DNA from: an uncultured Oscillospiraceae bacterium
GTDB lineage: Bacteria > Bacillota > Clostridia > Christensenellales > CAG-314
Direction: 5' to 3'
Assembly (NCBI GenBank): GCA_964535505.1
Contig: CAZHUH010000002.1
Location: 52,814-116,813 of the forward strand
Length of the DNA stretch: 64,000 bases
Shown here: positions 46,889 through 56,385 of the stretch, piece by piece
How positions within the stretch are numbered: position 1 is the stretch's first letter
How the letters are laid out: each line of letters opens with the position of its first letter
Notes under the pieces: generated by a model
Seen by the model: only the letters and a program-made list of their open reading frames with translations
Told to the model about the DNA's origin: nothing
Database searches by the model: none
Position numbers and translations under genes: made by a program

Positions 46889-47125
46889 GATGTTTCCTCC
46901 ATACAAAATATTTAGACAAAACGGACTAAACCTTAAAAATTCGACGAGTGTTTGACAACTTCAAACAACTTCGCAAATATTTTTTGCACTTCCGTTTTGT
47001 AACGTTGCGGCATTGCCGCATGCGTTTTGTGCATAACTTTGCACATACTTGTGTGCAAAATTTTGAGTTTTGAAAATAGTGTTTTGTACACAACTTTGCG
47101 TATGCGTATATGTAAAGTTGTGTTT

Positions 47126-48421
47126 TTACAACATTTTGGTTATTTCAGACATAGTGTCCACCGCGCGTTTGGCATAGGCTGCTTTGCGCTCGGATTTTTT
47201 CACTTCGCGCAAACTGTCCAAAATTCCGAAATTGCTGTTCATAGGCGAATACACGCCATAATCGGTGGCAACGTGCGCACACAATGCGCCGGTAATCGTT
47301 TTAGCGGTAAAATTCAGCGGTTCCAAACCGTTAAACAGCCTAAACGCTTGCAAGCCTGCCACTAAGCCGGAAAGAGCCGACTCCATATACCCTTCGACAC
47401 CGGTAAGTTGCCCTGCGAAAAAAATTTTTGGGTTGTTTTTCAGTTGAAAACACTCGTTCAAAAACTTGGGCGCATTTATGTAGGTGTTGCGATGCATAAC
47501 GCCGTAGCGCACAAACTCCGCCTGAGACAGTGCAGGGAAAAGGGAAAACACTCGTTTTTGTTCGCCAAACTTCAAGTTGGTTTGAAACCCCACCAAGTTA
47601 TACAGTGTGCCTTGCGCGTTTTCCTTGCGAAGTTGCAACACGGCGTAGGGCTTTTCCTCCTTACGCTCATCGCGCAAGCCAACCGGCTTCAACGGACCGA
47701 AACGCATGGTATCTTCGCCGCGTTTTGCCATAACTTCTATCGGCATGCACCCTTCGAAAACGTTGTTTTCAAAATCACGCAGTTCCACCGTTTCGGCAGC
47801 GACCAGTTCGCGGTAGAAATTTTGATATTCTTGCTTGTTCATTGGGCAGTTGAGATAGTCTGCCGAACCTTTGCCGTAGCGGCTTGCTTCGAAAGCGCTG
47901 TCGTAGTTGATGCTTTCGGCTGTAACAATGGGCGCAACGGCATCGAAAAAATACAAGAAATCGTTGCCGAAAATTTGTTGCATGGCAGGGATAAGAGCGT
48001 CGTCGGTTAGCGGACCGGTTGCCACGATAACGCAATCGTAGCCATCGGTGTCGAGATTCGAAGTAACTTCGGCAATGCGGTGAAAGTTGGAAAAACTTTG
48101 TAGCCTTTCCGTCATCAAGCGAGAAAAGGCGTTTCTGTCAACAGCCAACGCATTTCCGGCAGGAACGCTGCACTCTTTGGCAACTTTCAGTACCAAACTG
48201 TCCAGCATTTCCATTTCTGCCTTCAAAACGCCGCTTGCGGTAGACAAATCGACGCTTTTGAAAGAGTTTGAGCACACCACTTCGCACAAGGTATCCAGTT
48301 TGTGAGCGGCAGTTTTTTTGAGCGGTTTCATCTCCGCCATTGTAACATCCGCGCCGCGTTTCAGCAGTTGATAACTTGCTTCGCAGCCGGCAAAACCGCC
48401 GCCGATAATTTTTACTTTCAC
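47126..48421 (-). CDS. trmFO: Methylenetetrahydrofolate--tRNA-(uracil54-C5)-methyltransferase TrmFO
   Basis: The VKIIGGGFAGCEA FAD motif is present. The protein is colinear with Gid/TrmFO and follows topA. Confidence 0.95.
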   Translation of the reverse strand: MKVKIIGGGFAGCEASYQLLKRGADVTMAEMKPLKKTAAHKLDTLCEVVCSNSFKSVDLSTASGVLKAEMEMLDSLVLKVAKECSVPAGNALAVDRNAFSRLMTERLQSFSNFHRIAEVTSNLDTDGYDCVIVATGPLTDDALIPAMQQIFGNDFLYFFDAVAPIVTAESINYDSAFEASRYGKGSADYLNCPMNKQEYQNFYRELVAAETVELRDFENNVFEGCMPIEVMAKRGEDTMRFGPLKPVGLRDERKEEKPYAVLQLRKENAQGTLYNLVGFQTNLKFGEQKRVFSLFPALSQAEFVRYGVMHRNTYINAPKFLNECFQLKNNPKIFFAGQLTGVEGYMESALSGLVAGLQAFRLFNGLEPLNFTAKTITGALCAHVATDYGVYSPMNSNFGILDSLREVKKSERKAAYAKRAVDTMSEITKML

Positions 48422-48436
48422 GGCTTGCCCTCACTG

Positions 48437-50797
48437 CTACTTACGGCTTTCGCCTTTGGTGTACTTGCAACCCTTATTAGTGCAGCGCACTTGCGTTTTT
48501 TCTTCGTTTTTGAAAACCAAAGGAGAACCGCACTTGGGGCAAAGTTTGCCTGTGGGGATATCCCAACTTACAAAGTCGCACGCAGGGTAGCCCGTACAGC
48601 CGTAGAACAATCTGCCGTGTTTGGAAAAGCGTTTTACAACGTCTTTGCCACACTTGGGACACTTTGCCACAACTTCGTTTATCGGTTTGGTGTTTTTACA
48701 GTTGGGGTAGTTGGAACATGCCAAATACTTGCCGTATTTGCCCACCCTTTCCAACATTTTTGCACCGCAAATTTCGCAAACCACGTTCGTTTCTTTGGGA
48801 GGCACAACCTCTTTCAAACTTTTTATGTTGGTGCAATTTGGATAGTTGGAACATGCCAAATACTTGCCGTATTTTCCCACTCTCTCCAACATTTTTGCAC
48901 CGCAAATTTCGCAGACCACGTTTGTTTCTTTGGGAGGTACAACCTCTTTCAAACTTTTTATGTTAGAGCAGGCAGGATAGTTGGAACAAGCCAAATATTT
49001 GCCGTATCTGCCGTTTTTTATCACCATAGGAGAGCCGCATTTGTCGCACAAAACGTCGGAAACTTCGTCTTTCAGCGCAATTCGCTCGCCGTGCAATGCG
49101 GTGTTTACCTTTTTGATCATAGGCTTATAAAATTCGTCTACCACCTTGTACCAAGGTTCGTTGTTTTCTTCTATTGCATCCAAACGTGTTTCCATTTCGG
49201 CTGTGAAATCCACGTCTACCACTTCTGGAAAATACTGTTCCAAATATTCCGTAACCTGAACGCCCAAGTTGCCGGGCACCAAGGCTTTGCCGTCTTTGGA
49301 AACGTAGTCGCGTTTGTACAGTGTTTGCATTATCGCGGCATATGTGCTGGGACGTCCTATGCCGCGTTCTTCCATTGCCTTAATCAAACTGGCTTCGGTG
49401 AACCGTGTCGGCGGTTTAGTAAAACGTTGTTCGGAATTGAGCTTAACTTTTTTCAGTGTGTCGCCCACTTCCAACACAGGCAAAACGGCGTTTTCGTTTG
49501 TATCGTCGTCCTTGTCCTTTTTGGCGGCTTTGGATTCGGCATAAATTGCCAAAAAACCATCGAACAATTTGGTTTTTCCCGTGGCGGTCAGTCCGTATTC
49601 GCCGCATTTTACCGCAACGGAAACGCTGTTAAACTTGGCGTTTGCCGCTTGGCTTGCCAAAAAGCGTTCGTAAATAAGTTTGTAGAGCGCATATTGATTG
49701 CGCGAAACTTTGTCCTTAATAAATTCCGGCGTTATTTCCAAATTGATGGGGCGAATGGCCTCGTGAGCGTCTTGCGCTTGTTTTTTTGAAGCGTAGAAAT
49801 TGGGCTTAGACGGAACGTATTCGCTGCCGTAAACTTCTGCAATGCGTTTGCGTGCTGCGGCAACAGCATCGGTGGAAACACGCACCGAGTCGGTACGAAT
49901 GTAGGTTACCAATGCAACGTGCCCCATGCCGGGAATGTCGAAACCTTCGTAAAGTTGCTGTGCCACCGACATTGCCATAGCACTGGACATACGCAATTTG
50001 TTTACCGCATCTTGTTGCATTGTGCTTGTGGTAAAGGGCGGTTGCGGCTTGCTTAACGTTACTGATTTTTTTACGTCGGAAACAATGTAGGGAGCATTTT
50101 CCAACACAGCAAGCGCTTCGTCGCACTGTTGTTTGTTTTTTACTTTAAGTTTTTTGCCGTTTTTTTCCGACAAAACAGCCTTAAATTGAGGCTTGGAGCC
50201 TACTTTTTCCAACAAAACGGAAACAGTCCAAAATTCTTCCGGCTTGAATGCGGAAATTTCCTTTTCCCGGTCTACAACGATGCGCAAAGCGGCACTTTGC
50301 ACACGCCCTGCGGAAAGTTTGTTGCGAATTTTTTTGCACAACACGGGGGAAAGGGTGTAACCCACAAGCCTATCCAAAACGCGGCGCGCCTGTTGAGCGT
50401 TTACCAACCCAATGTTTACGTATTTGGGGTTTTTGAGCGCTTCGTTCACGGCTTTTTTGGATATTTCGTTGAACATAATACGGTTTTGCGCATTTGGGTC
50501 CAATCCCAACGCACTTTGCAAATGGTAGGAAATGGCCTCGCCTTCGCGGTCCGGGTCGGTTGCGAGGTAAACGCACTCTGCCTTTTGCACTTCTTTTTTA
50601 AGCCGCTCGATGGTTTGAGTTTGTTCCGGCTTTCTGGGCGCCAAATCGGGTTCATAGTTGTTGTCAAAATCGATGCCCATGTTTTTTTCGGGCAAATCCC
50701 AAATGTGTCCCTTTGAAGCGTCCACACGATAGTCGCTGCCTAAATATTTTTCTATGGTTTTTGCTTTTGCCGGTGATTCGACAATTACAAGTTTCAT
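48437..50797 (-). CDS. topA: DNA topoisomerase I with multiple C-terminal zinc ribbons
   Basis: The TOPRIM start MKLVIVESPAKAKTIEKYLG is present, with an active-site Tyr region. Four CxxC...C zinc-ribbon modules are seen, including two nearly identical 45-aa units. Confidence 0.97.
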   Translation of the reverse strand: MKLVIVESPAKAKTIEKYLGSDYRVDASKGHIWDLPEKNMGIDFDNNYEPDLAPRKPEQTQTIERLKKEVQKAECVYLATDPDREGEAISYHLQSALGLDPNAQNRIMFNEISKKAVNEALKNPKYVNIGLVNAQQARRVLDRLVGYTLSPVLCKKIRNKLSAGRVQSAALRIVVDREKEISAFKPEEFWTVSVLLEKVGSKPQFKAVLSEKNGKKLKVKNKQQCDEALAVLENAPYIVSDVKKSVTLSKPQPPFTTSTMQQDAVNKLRMSSAMAMSVAQQLYEGFDIPGMGHVALVTYIRTDSVRVSTDAVAAARKRIAEVYGSEYVPSKPNFYASKKQAQDAHEAIRPINLEITPEFIKDKVSRNQYALYKLIYERFLASQAANAKFNSVSVAVKCGEYGLTATGKTKLFDGFLAIYAESKAAKKDKDDDTNENAVLPVLEVGDTLKKVKLNSEQRFTKPPTRFTEASLIKAMEERGIGRPSTYAAIMQTLYKRDYVSKDGKALVPGNLGVQVTEYLEQYFPEVVDVDFTAEMETRLDAIEENNEPWYKVVDEFYKPMIKKVNTALHGERIALKDEVSDVLCDKCGSPMVIKNGRYGKYLACSNYPACSNIKSLKEVVPPKETNVVCEICGAKMLERVGKYGKYLACSNYPNCTNIKSLKEVVPPKETNVVCEICGAKMLERVGKYGKYLACSNYPNCKNTKPINEVVAKCPKCGKDVVKRFSKHGRLFYGCTGYPACDFVSWDIPTGKLCPKCGSPLVFKNEEKTQVRCTNKGCKYTKGESRK

Positions 50798-51888
50798 TCA
50801 AGTCCTCCATACAACCGGTAAGAATTTCCCGGCAGTCTAGCAATTATACTCTTTATTTCCAAATTTGCCAACAAAAAATTCAAGTCGGCAGGCGAAATAT
50901 TGGTTTTTTCTACAAGTTTATCGAAAGTCTGTTGTCCCTCGGACAAGGCGTCTACCACTTTTTGTTCGTCGAAGTTGAGTTGAACGATTTTTGCAGTTGT
51001 GTTTTTGGCGTCTTCTACATTGTAGAAATCCAAAATATCCTTAGGCGAAGTTACGCAAACGCCTTGCATACTTTTTATAAGCATATTGTTGCCGAAAAAA
51101 CCATTATCGAAAATTTCACCTGGAACGACAAACACATCGCGACCTTGATCCAACGCACACTCCACAGTGGAAGCCGTGCCGCTTTTTTGCGGAGATTGAC
51201 ACACCAACAGCCCCAACGACAAGCCGGAAACAAGACGGTTTCGGTGTGGAAAATTGTAGGCGCGCGGCACAGCGTTGTAGCCGTATTCCGTAACTACAAG
51301 CCCGCCACTGGCAACAATTCTATCCGCCAAACCCCTATTCGCAGCAGGGTAAACATCCACCAAGCCGCCGCCCAATACGGCAATGGTTTTGCCATGTTGC
51401 TTCAAGGTGGTTTCGTGCGCTATGCTGTCCACGCCGTAGGCAAGTCCGCTTACAACGGTGAAGTGCTCGGCAAGTTTTTCGGTAAAAGCTGTTGCCACCT
51501 TTACGCCGTAGGCGGAAACTTTGCGAGTGCCCACCACCGACATGCACCGAGAGGAAAGCAAACTTACGTTGCCTCGATAAAACAAAATGTAGGGCGGATC
51601 GGGAATGTTTGCCAATGTTTCTGGGAAAGTGTCGGAAAAGCATGTGGTTGCAAAAATACCCCAACGCTCCATTTGAGAAATGATTCTGTCCGCTTCGCCG
51701 TTTTTGAGCCCGAGACAAACGGTTTTGAAGTTGTCCCCCAAAAGTTGTTGCGCAAACGCGCTGTTTTCCAGATTATCCAAAAAATCTTTTGTTCCCGAAA
51801 ACTGTTGCCACAAAGTGTAAAACTTTGAAGAGGCAACACCGGTTTGTCCCAAAAGAATGCAAATTTTTTCTTCCGTAGAGTAGTTCAC
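50794..51888 (-). CDS. dprA: DNA-processing protein DprA (Smf)
   Basis: The Rossmann-like DprA core is present (...VVSGLAYGVDSIAHE...GGGLVDVYP...). It lies upstream of topA. Confidence 0.92.
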   Translation of the reverse strand: MNYSTEEKICILLGQTGVASSKFYTLWQQFSGTKDFLDNLENSAFAQQLLGDNFKTVCLGLKNGEADRIISQMERWGIFATTCFSDTFPETLANIPDPPYILFYRGNVSLLSSRCMSVVGTRKVSAYGVKVATAFTEKLAEHFTVVSGLAYGVDSIAHETTLKQHGKTIAVLGGGLVDVYPAANRGLADRIVASGGLVVTEYGYNAVPRAYNFPHRNRLVSGLSLGLLVCQSPQKSGTASTVECALDQGRDVFVVPGEIFDNGFFGNNMLIKSMQGVCVTSPKDILDFYNVEDAKNTTAKIVQLNFDEQKVVDALSEGQQTFDKLVEKTNISPADLNFLLANLEIKSIIARLPGNSYRLYGGLE

Positions 51889-53408
51889 ACTCGATACTTC
51901 CTATCCAACGTTCTGTATTGCAAGGCTTCCGCAACGTGTTTTGCCGAGATATTTTCGGCATTTTCCAAATCGGCAATGGTTCGCGCCACCTTCAAAATGC
52001 GGTTGTAGGCGCGTGCCGAAAGATTGAGTTTTTCAAAGGAATCTTTCAAAAGGCGCAAACTTTGTTCATCCAGTTTGCAATATTTTTTTATGTCCGACGA
52101 AGTCATTTGTGCGTTGCAACGGCGGCCTTTTCCAGAAAGACGTCTAAACTGAATTTCCCGCGCTTTGTTCACGCGTTCGCGAATGACGGCGGAAGGTTCG
52201 GAAACACTGTCTTGCTGCAATTCATCATAGGTAACGTTGTCCACTTCCACGTGAATATCTATTCTGTCCAATAACGGACCGCTCAATTTTGAAAGATATT
52301 TGTGAATTTGCGCCGCAGAGCACTTACATTCCTGCGTGGCACTGCCGTAGTTGCCGCAAGGACAGGGGTTCATGCTGGCAATTAGCATAAAATCCGCAGG
52401 GTAGGTGATGGAAATGGCATTGCGTGCAACGGTGATTACTCCGTCCTCCAAGGGCTGACGAAGCGTTTCCAAAGTTTGACGGTTGTATTCGGGCAGTTCG
52501 TCCAAAAACAACACGCCGTTGTGCGCCAAACTTATTTCGCCCGGCTTAGCTTTGTTGCCGCCGCCCGTTAGCGCGACCATTGTGCTGCTGTGGTGAGGTG
52601 TGCGGAAAGGCCGTTCGTAAATGAAGCCGTTCAGCTGCCCTGCCACACTGTGAATTTTTGCCACTTCCAACGCTTCATCGAAGGTCATGTTGGGCATAAT
52701 GGAGGGCACTGCGCGAGCCAGCATGGTTTTACCTGCGCCCGGTGGCCCTATCATTATTATATTGTGTCCGCCGGCAACGGCAATTTCCATTGCACGCTTA
52801 GCGGAAAACTGACCTTTGATGTACTTGAAATCGTTTTCCGTGTGGTTAAACTCCAAATCGTTTTTCCAACTGCGGATGGCAAGGGGTTCTATTTGAATTT
52901 CGCCCGTTAAAAATTCCACTGCTTGGCGCAAGGTTTTTACCGGGAAAATTTTTGCGCCTTCGATAAACACCGTTTCTTCGGCATTATCCGCAGGAATAAC
53001 AAAAGTGTTTTCGCCCTGTTGACGTGCGGAAATTATCATCGGCAAAAGCCCGTTTACTCGGCGCACTTCGCCGTTTAGCGAAAGCTCGCCCAAAATGACG
53101 GCAGACTTCAACGATGCATATTCTATTTGTCGACTTGCCGCAAGCATGCCCACGGCAATGGGCAAATCATAAAAACTACCTTCCTTTTTGATATCCGCGG
53201 GCGCAAGGTTTATTACCATTGCGGCAACGGGATAGTTGTAGCCGCTGTTTTTTAGGGCAGAGCGCACACGCTCTTTGGATTCTTTCACCGCTGTGTCGGC
53301 AAGCCCCACAATATCGTAGGTGGGCATTCCGCTGTGCATATCCACTTCGGCTTGCACGGGGAAACCATCCAAGCCTTTCAATCCGTAACTTTTTACAAGC
53401 GCAAGCAT
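51885..53408 (-). CDS. YifB/ComM family Mg-chelatase-like AAA+ ATPase
   Basis: A Lon-like N-domain, Walker A GPPGAGKTMLA and Walker B LFLDELPE are present. The start is at MLALVKSYGL, with a GGGGGAGG SD. The ORF track extension was rejected. Confidence 0.92.
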   Translation of the reverse strand: MLALVKSYGLKGLDGFPVQAEVDMHSGMPTYDIVGLADTAVKESKERVRSALKNSGYNYPVAAMVINLAPADIKKEGSFYDLPIAVGMLAASRQIEYASLKSAVILGELSLNGEVRRVNGLLPMIISARQQGENTFVIPADNAEETVFIEGAKIFPVKTLRQAVEFLTGEIQIEPLAIRSWKNDLEFNHTENDFKYIKGQFSAKRAMEIAVAGGHNIIMIGPPGAGKTMLARAVPSIMPNMTFDEALEVAKIHSVAGQLNGFIYERPFRTPHHSSTMVALTGGGNKAKPGEISLAHNGVLFLDELPEYNRQTLETLRQPLEDGVITVARNAISITYPADFMLIASMNPCPCGNYGSATQECKCSAAQIHKYLSKLSGPLLDRIDIHVEVDNVTYDELQQDSVSEPSAVIRERVNKAREIQFRRLSGKGRRCNAQMTSSDIKKYCKLDEQSLRLLKDSFEKLNLSARAYNRILKVARTIADLENAENISAKHVAEALQYRTLDRKYRV

Positions 53409-53810
53409 TTTTTCCTCCCCCGAAAAAATGTATTGACAATTTTCTTTGGTAAGCAAACAAGACGGGCCGAGATTGCGGATAAGACATGGCGCACACTTTG
53501 CTTGTGTACACCTCCGCAAACCATATGCCGCTCGTAGTATCGTGCAGCCGAACGCAACAATTGACGCGGCGACTGCACTGCTTTTGATTGCAATTAAAAT
53601 TCTACATTATATAAGTATAACTGCCAAAAGCAAAATTAACAAGTATTTTTTTGAAACTTTGTGAAAGAAATGTGTTTACGTGGCAAATTGATTGAAGCAC
53701 GCCAAGCAAAATACGGATATTTGCAGCGTTGTTATTTGTCGACGATAGCCACACTTGCGCCCAAATATTGACAAATATTTCGGAAAATTCGCGGTTCTAT
53801 AATAAATTTT

Positions 53811-53890
53811 GAGTGGGAATAGTATAACTAGTTGCAATTGCTTAGCCGCATCTCTTGGATTTTGGCTCTTTCACCCCAACATTTGACAAA
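53811..53890 (+). repeat. Dispersed intergenic repeat family, copy 2 (other copies at 43236-43273 +, 55697-55768 +, 63886-63918 -)
   Basis: The shared core is GAATTTTGGCTnTTTCACCCCAACATTT. Copies 2 and 3 also share the upstream part GAGTGG.TAGTAT.ACTA...TGCTTAGCCG.AT. Confidence 0.7.
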
Positions 53891-53919
53891 TAAGCTCTAG
53901 AAATTGCAAAGCGCATTGA

Positions 53920-53949
53920 AAACAAAAAGCAACCTCGAACGAGATTGCA
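53920..53949 (-). terminator. Intrinsic terminator after rplS
   Basis: On the minus strand: GCAATCTC-GTTC-GAGGTTGC followed by TTTTTGTTTT. Confidence 0.75.
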
Positions 53950-53967
53950 AATTTTGTTTGGAATTGT

Positions 53968-54309
53968 TTAGTTTTGACCTTTTACTTTTGCAGCCTTGCC
54001 TGTGCGAGAACGCAAATAGTAAAGTTTTGCACGTTTTACCGAGCCGGCCTTTCTTACAACCACAACACTGTCGATTTTGGGGCTGTGCAGGGGGAATGTT
54101 CTTTCCACGCCGATACCGGAAGAAATACGTCTTACGGTGAAAGTTTCGCGAAGTCCGCCGTGTTTGCGAGCGATTACGATGCCTTCGTAAGCTTGAATTC
54201 TTTCCTTGTTGCCTTCGATAACTTTGAAGTTTACGCGTACCGTATCACCGATGTTGAAAGGTGCAACGTTTCTCAAAGATTCTTGTTCGATAGTTTTGAT
54301 GATGTCCAT
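53968..54309 (-). CDS. rplS: 50S ribosomal protein L19
   Basis: 113 aa with ...[35 protein letters not shown]... Confidence 0.98.
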   Translation of the reverse strand: MDIIKTIEQESLRNVAPFNIGDTVRVNFKVIEGNKERIQAYEGIVIARKHGGLRETFTVRRISSGIGVERTFPLHSPKIDSVVVVRKAGSVKRAKLYYLRSRTGKAAKVKGQN

Positions 54310-54421
54310 TTTGACTTTTCCTCCAAAAAGATTTTGTTAACCAAGCGTTCGTTCGCTTACAAAAGCCAGAGGACCGCCCGAAGTCCTGGTATATTTTAGC
54401 ATAACACGACTTTTTGCGCAA
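54310..54421 (-). promoter_or_regulatory. rplS promoter plus a two-hairpin 5' leader of about 75 nt (candidate L19 autoregulatory leader)
   Basis: On the minus strand: TTGCGC (54421-54416), 17-nt spacer ending in TGC, then TAAAAT (54398-54393). The leader hairpins are CCAGGAC...GTCCTCTGG and AAGCG-AACGAA-CGCTT. Confidence 0.4.
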
Positions 54422-54566
54422 CTGTTTTGAAGCAAGTTTTCGCAAGGTATTTGACGCGTTTGTTTTATACCGTCTTGCGAAAAGGAGTTTTTTGCAAGAT
54501 TTTCTGCTTCTTTCTCAAAGTATTTGAAATGTTTTATATAATTTTAGCAATAGTGGAAAATTTTGC

Positions 54567-54953
54567 TCACATTCTAAAAGCGTCTTTGATGAGAGTGATT
54601 TCGGCTTTTTTCTTCAACGTTTTGCGAGTGGAACGGGAAGAACCGTCTTCCAAAATTTCCACCACGTCGAAGCGGGTAGGCACGCCGTAAAGTTTGTTTT
54701 GGGTGAGCCAAAACTTGGCGCAAAAAGCAATTGTTTGCTGTTTAGCAGCCGTTACCGCTTCGCGCGGCAAGCCGAAATAGGTGCTTAAACGGCGTTTTAC
54801 TTCCACAAAAACAAAGTAGTTGCCGTCTTTGGCAATAATATCAATTTCGCCGTGAGGTGCAGTGAAGTTGCGTTGCAAAATTTTGTAGCCGTGCTTTTTT
54901 AGATAGCGCGCCGCCATATCTTCTCCTGCTTTGCCAAGTTTTCGAGTGTTCAT
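54567..54953 (-). CDS. yraN: YraN family (UPF0102) endonuclease-like protein
   Basis: GKAGEDMAARYLKKHGYKIL.RNF....GEIDIIA......VFVEVKRR signature is present. Confidence 0.9.
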   Translation of the reverse strand: MNTRKLGKAGEDMAARYLKKHGYKILQRNFTAPHGEIDIIAKDGNYFVFVEVKRRLSTYFGLPREAVTAAKQQTIAFCAKFWLTQNKLYGVPTRFDVVEILEDGSSRSTRKTLKKKAEITLIKDAFRM

Positions 54954-55009
54954 AAGTTTGTAATCAGTGTTTTGAGTTTTATGGGGGCAGTTGCTGTTTT
55001 TGCCGTTTT

Positions 55010-55618
55010 TCAGTCTACATCCACAAAGTGCTTGATAAAAGTTTTGCGGTGAATTGGGCAGGGTCCGAACTGTTTGAGAAGCTTTATGTGCTCGGCAGTA
55101 CCGTAGCCCTTGTGCTTGGCAAAGTTGTATTGCGGATACAACTTGTGATACTGTTCCATAAGTCTATCTCGCGTTACCTTGGCAACGATACTTGCCGCCG
55201 CAATGGAATAGGAAAGGGCGTCGCCGTGAATTATGGAAAGGGTGGGCAAAGGAGAGTCGAGTTTTACCGCATCGATAAGCACTTTATCCGCCAGTTTGAA
55301 GTTGTTTATGCACTGCAACATTCCCTTTTTTGTGGCGTTCAAAATGTTTAGACTGTCGATTTCTTCCCAGCCGACAACGGCAACTTGAACTTCCAGCGCC
55401 GTTGCAACGATTTTGTCGAAAAGAATATCGCGCTTTTTTGCCGAAAGTTTTTTGCTGTCGTTTACGCCGTCAATGATTTTTTCCGAGTCGAGCGGCATAA
55501 CAACCCCTGCCACCACCACGGGGCCTGCCAACGGGCCGCGACCTGCTTCGTCGATTCCTGCAATGTATTTTGCGCCGCCTTGTTGTGCCAAGCGCTCGTA
55601 TTCCAACATGTTGTTCAT
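55010..55618 (-). CDS. rnhB: Ribonuclease HII
   Basis: The IAGIDEAGRGPLAGPVV catalytic motif is present. The start is uncertain (55618 to 55657). Confidence 0.95.
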   Translation of the reverse strand: MNNMLEYERLAQQGGAKYIAGIDEAGRGPLAGPVVVAGVVMPLDSEKIIDGVNDSKKLSAKKRDILFDKIVATALEVQVAVVGWEEIDSLNILNATKKGMLQCINNFKLADKVLIDAVKLDSPLPTLSIIHGDALSYSIAAASIVAKVTRDRLMEQYHKLYPQYNFAKHKGYGTAEHIKLLKQFGPCPIHRKTFIKHFVDVD

Positions 55619-55799
55619 AATTGTTTTGTTACTTGTAAGTTTGAATAAAAACAGCACAGACTGTGCGTATTATTTGAGTTCCGCTGTAAATGTCGGGAGT
55701 GGTAGTATTACTATTTATAAGTGCTTAGCCGTATTGCCGAATTTTGGCTTTCGCGCCACAATATTTTATATCAAATTATTTTTGGACAAACGCGCCTCT

Positions 55800-56339
55800 T
55801 TATTTTAAGCAAATTTCTCTTACTACCTTGTAGGTGCCCGGTTTGCCTTGCGCCGATTCGCCTATACAGAAAACGTTTGCGCAAAGTTTTCGCGGCAAAG
55901 GGCAATTTTTGATTCGCTCGTAGGCTAGGCGCACCTTCTCGGCGTCGTCATCCATAAACAGCGTGGTGTGAAATTTGTAGTTGCCGTCGTATTCATGCGG
56001 AGAAACGCCGTATTTTGCCAGCAAAAATTCGTCCAGCTTGCCGTGAATGGCGTTGAGCTCGGCACATTCTTTCATGCGCATCCAACAAATGTTTTGACAA
56101 TATTCTATGCCTTGCACTTCCACTTCGAAAGGGCGAAGTTGCGACAAAAGCGCAGTCAAATCGTTTTTGACTGCCGTTGCCGAATCTTCTTGGGGAACTT
56201 CAAAGGACATTTTGAGAGAAATGTGAAAAGGCAGAGTAAAATTTGAGTGTTGAAAATGTAAATCTTGCTCGATTTCGCGTGAAACACGCTTTATTTCGCA
56301 AAGTTGACTATCCACGTTTACGCAGCACCAAACAAACAT
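55800..56339 (-). CDS. 2H phosphoesterase superfamily protein (LigT / 2'-5' RNA ligase-like)
   Basis: Two H-x-[ST]-L motifs are present (FHISL and FHTTL) about 85 aa apart. A GGGAGG SD lies 5 nt upstream of the ATG at 56339. Confidence 0.7.
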   Translation of the reverse strand: MFVWCCVNVDSQLCEIKRVSREIEQDLHFQHSNFTLPFHISLKMSFEVPQEDSATAVKNDLTALLSQLRPFEVEVQGIEYCQNICWMRMKECAELNAIHGKLDEFLLAKYGVSPHEYDGNYKFHTTLFMDDDAEKVRLAYERIKNCPLPRKLCANVFCIGESAQGKPGTYKVVREICLK

Positions 56340-56385
56340 TGTTGCCTCCCTCATTCCGCATAAAATATTACCCTTTAACGACCAT

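Noticed and set aside
48302-49789. 495-aa ORF antisense to topA and the trmFO start
   Set aside because: It is a shadow ORF inside two confidently identified genes. It is F/V/C/H-rich, with no recognisable motifs.
50713-51828. 371-aa ORF antisense to dprA
   Set aside because: It is a shadow ORF, whereas the opposite strand encodes a protein colinear with DprA.
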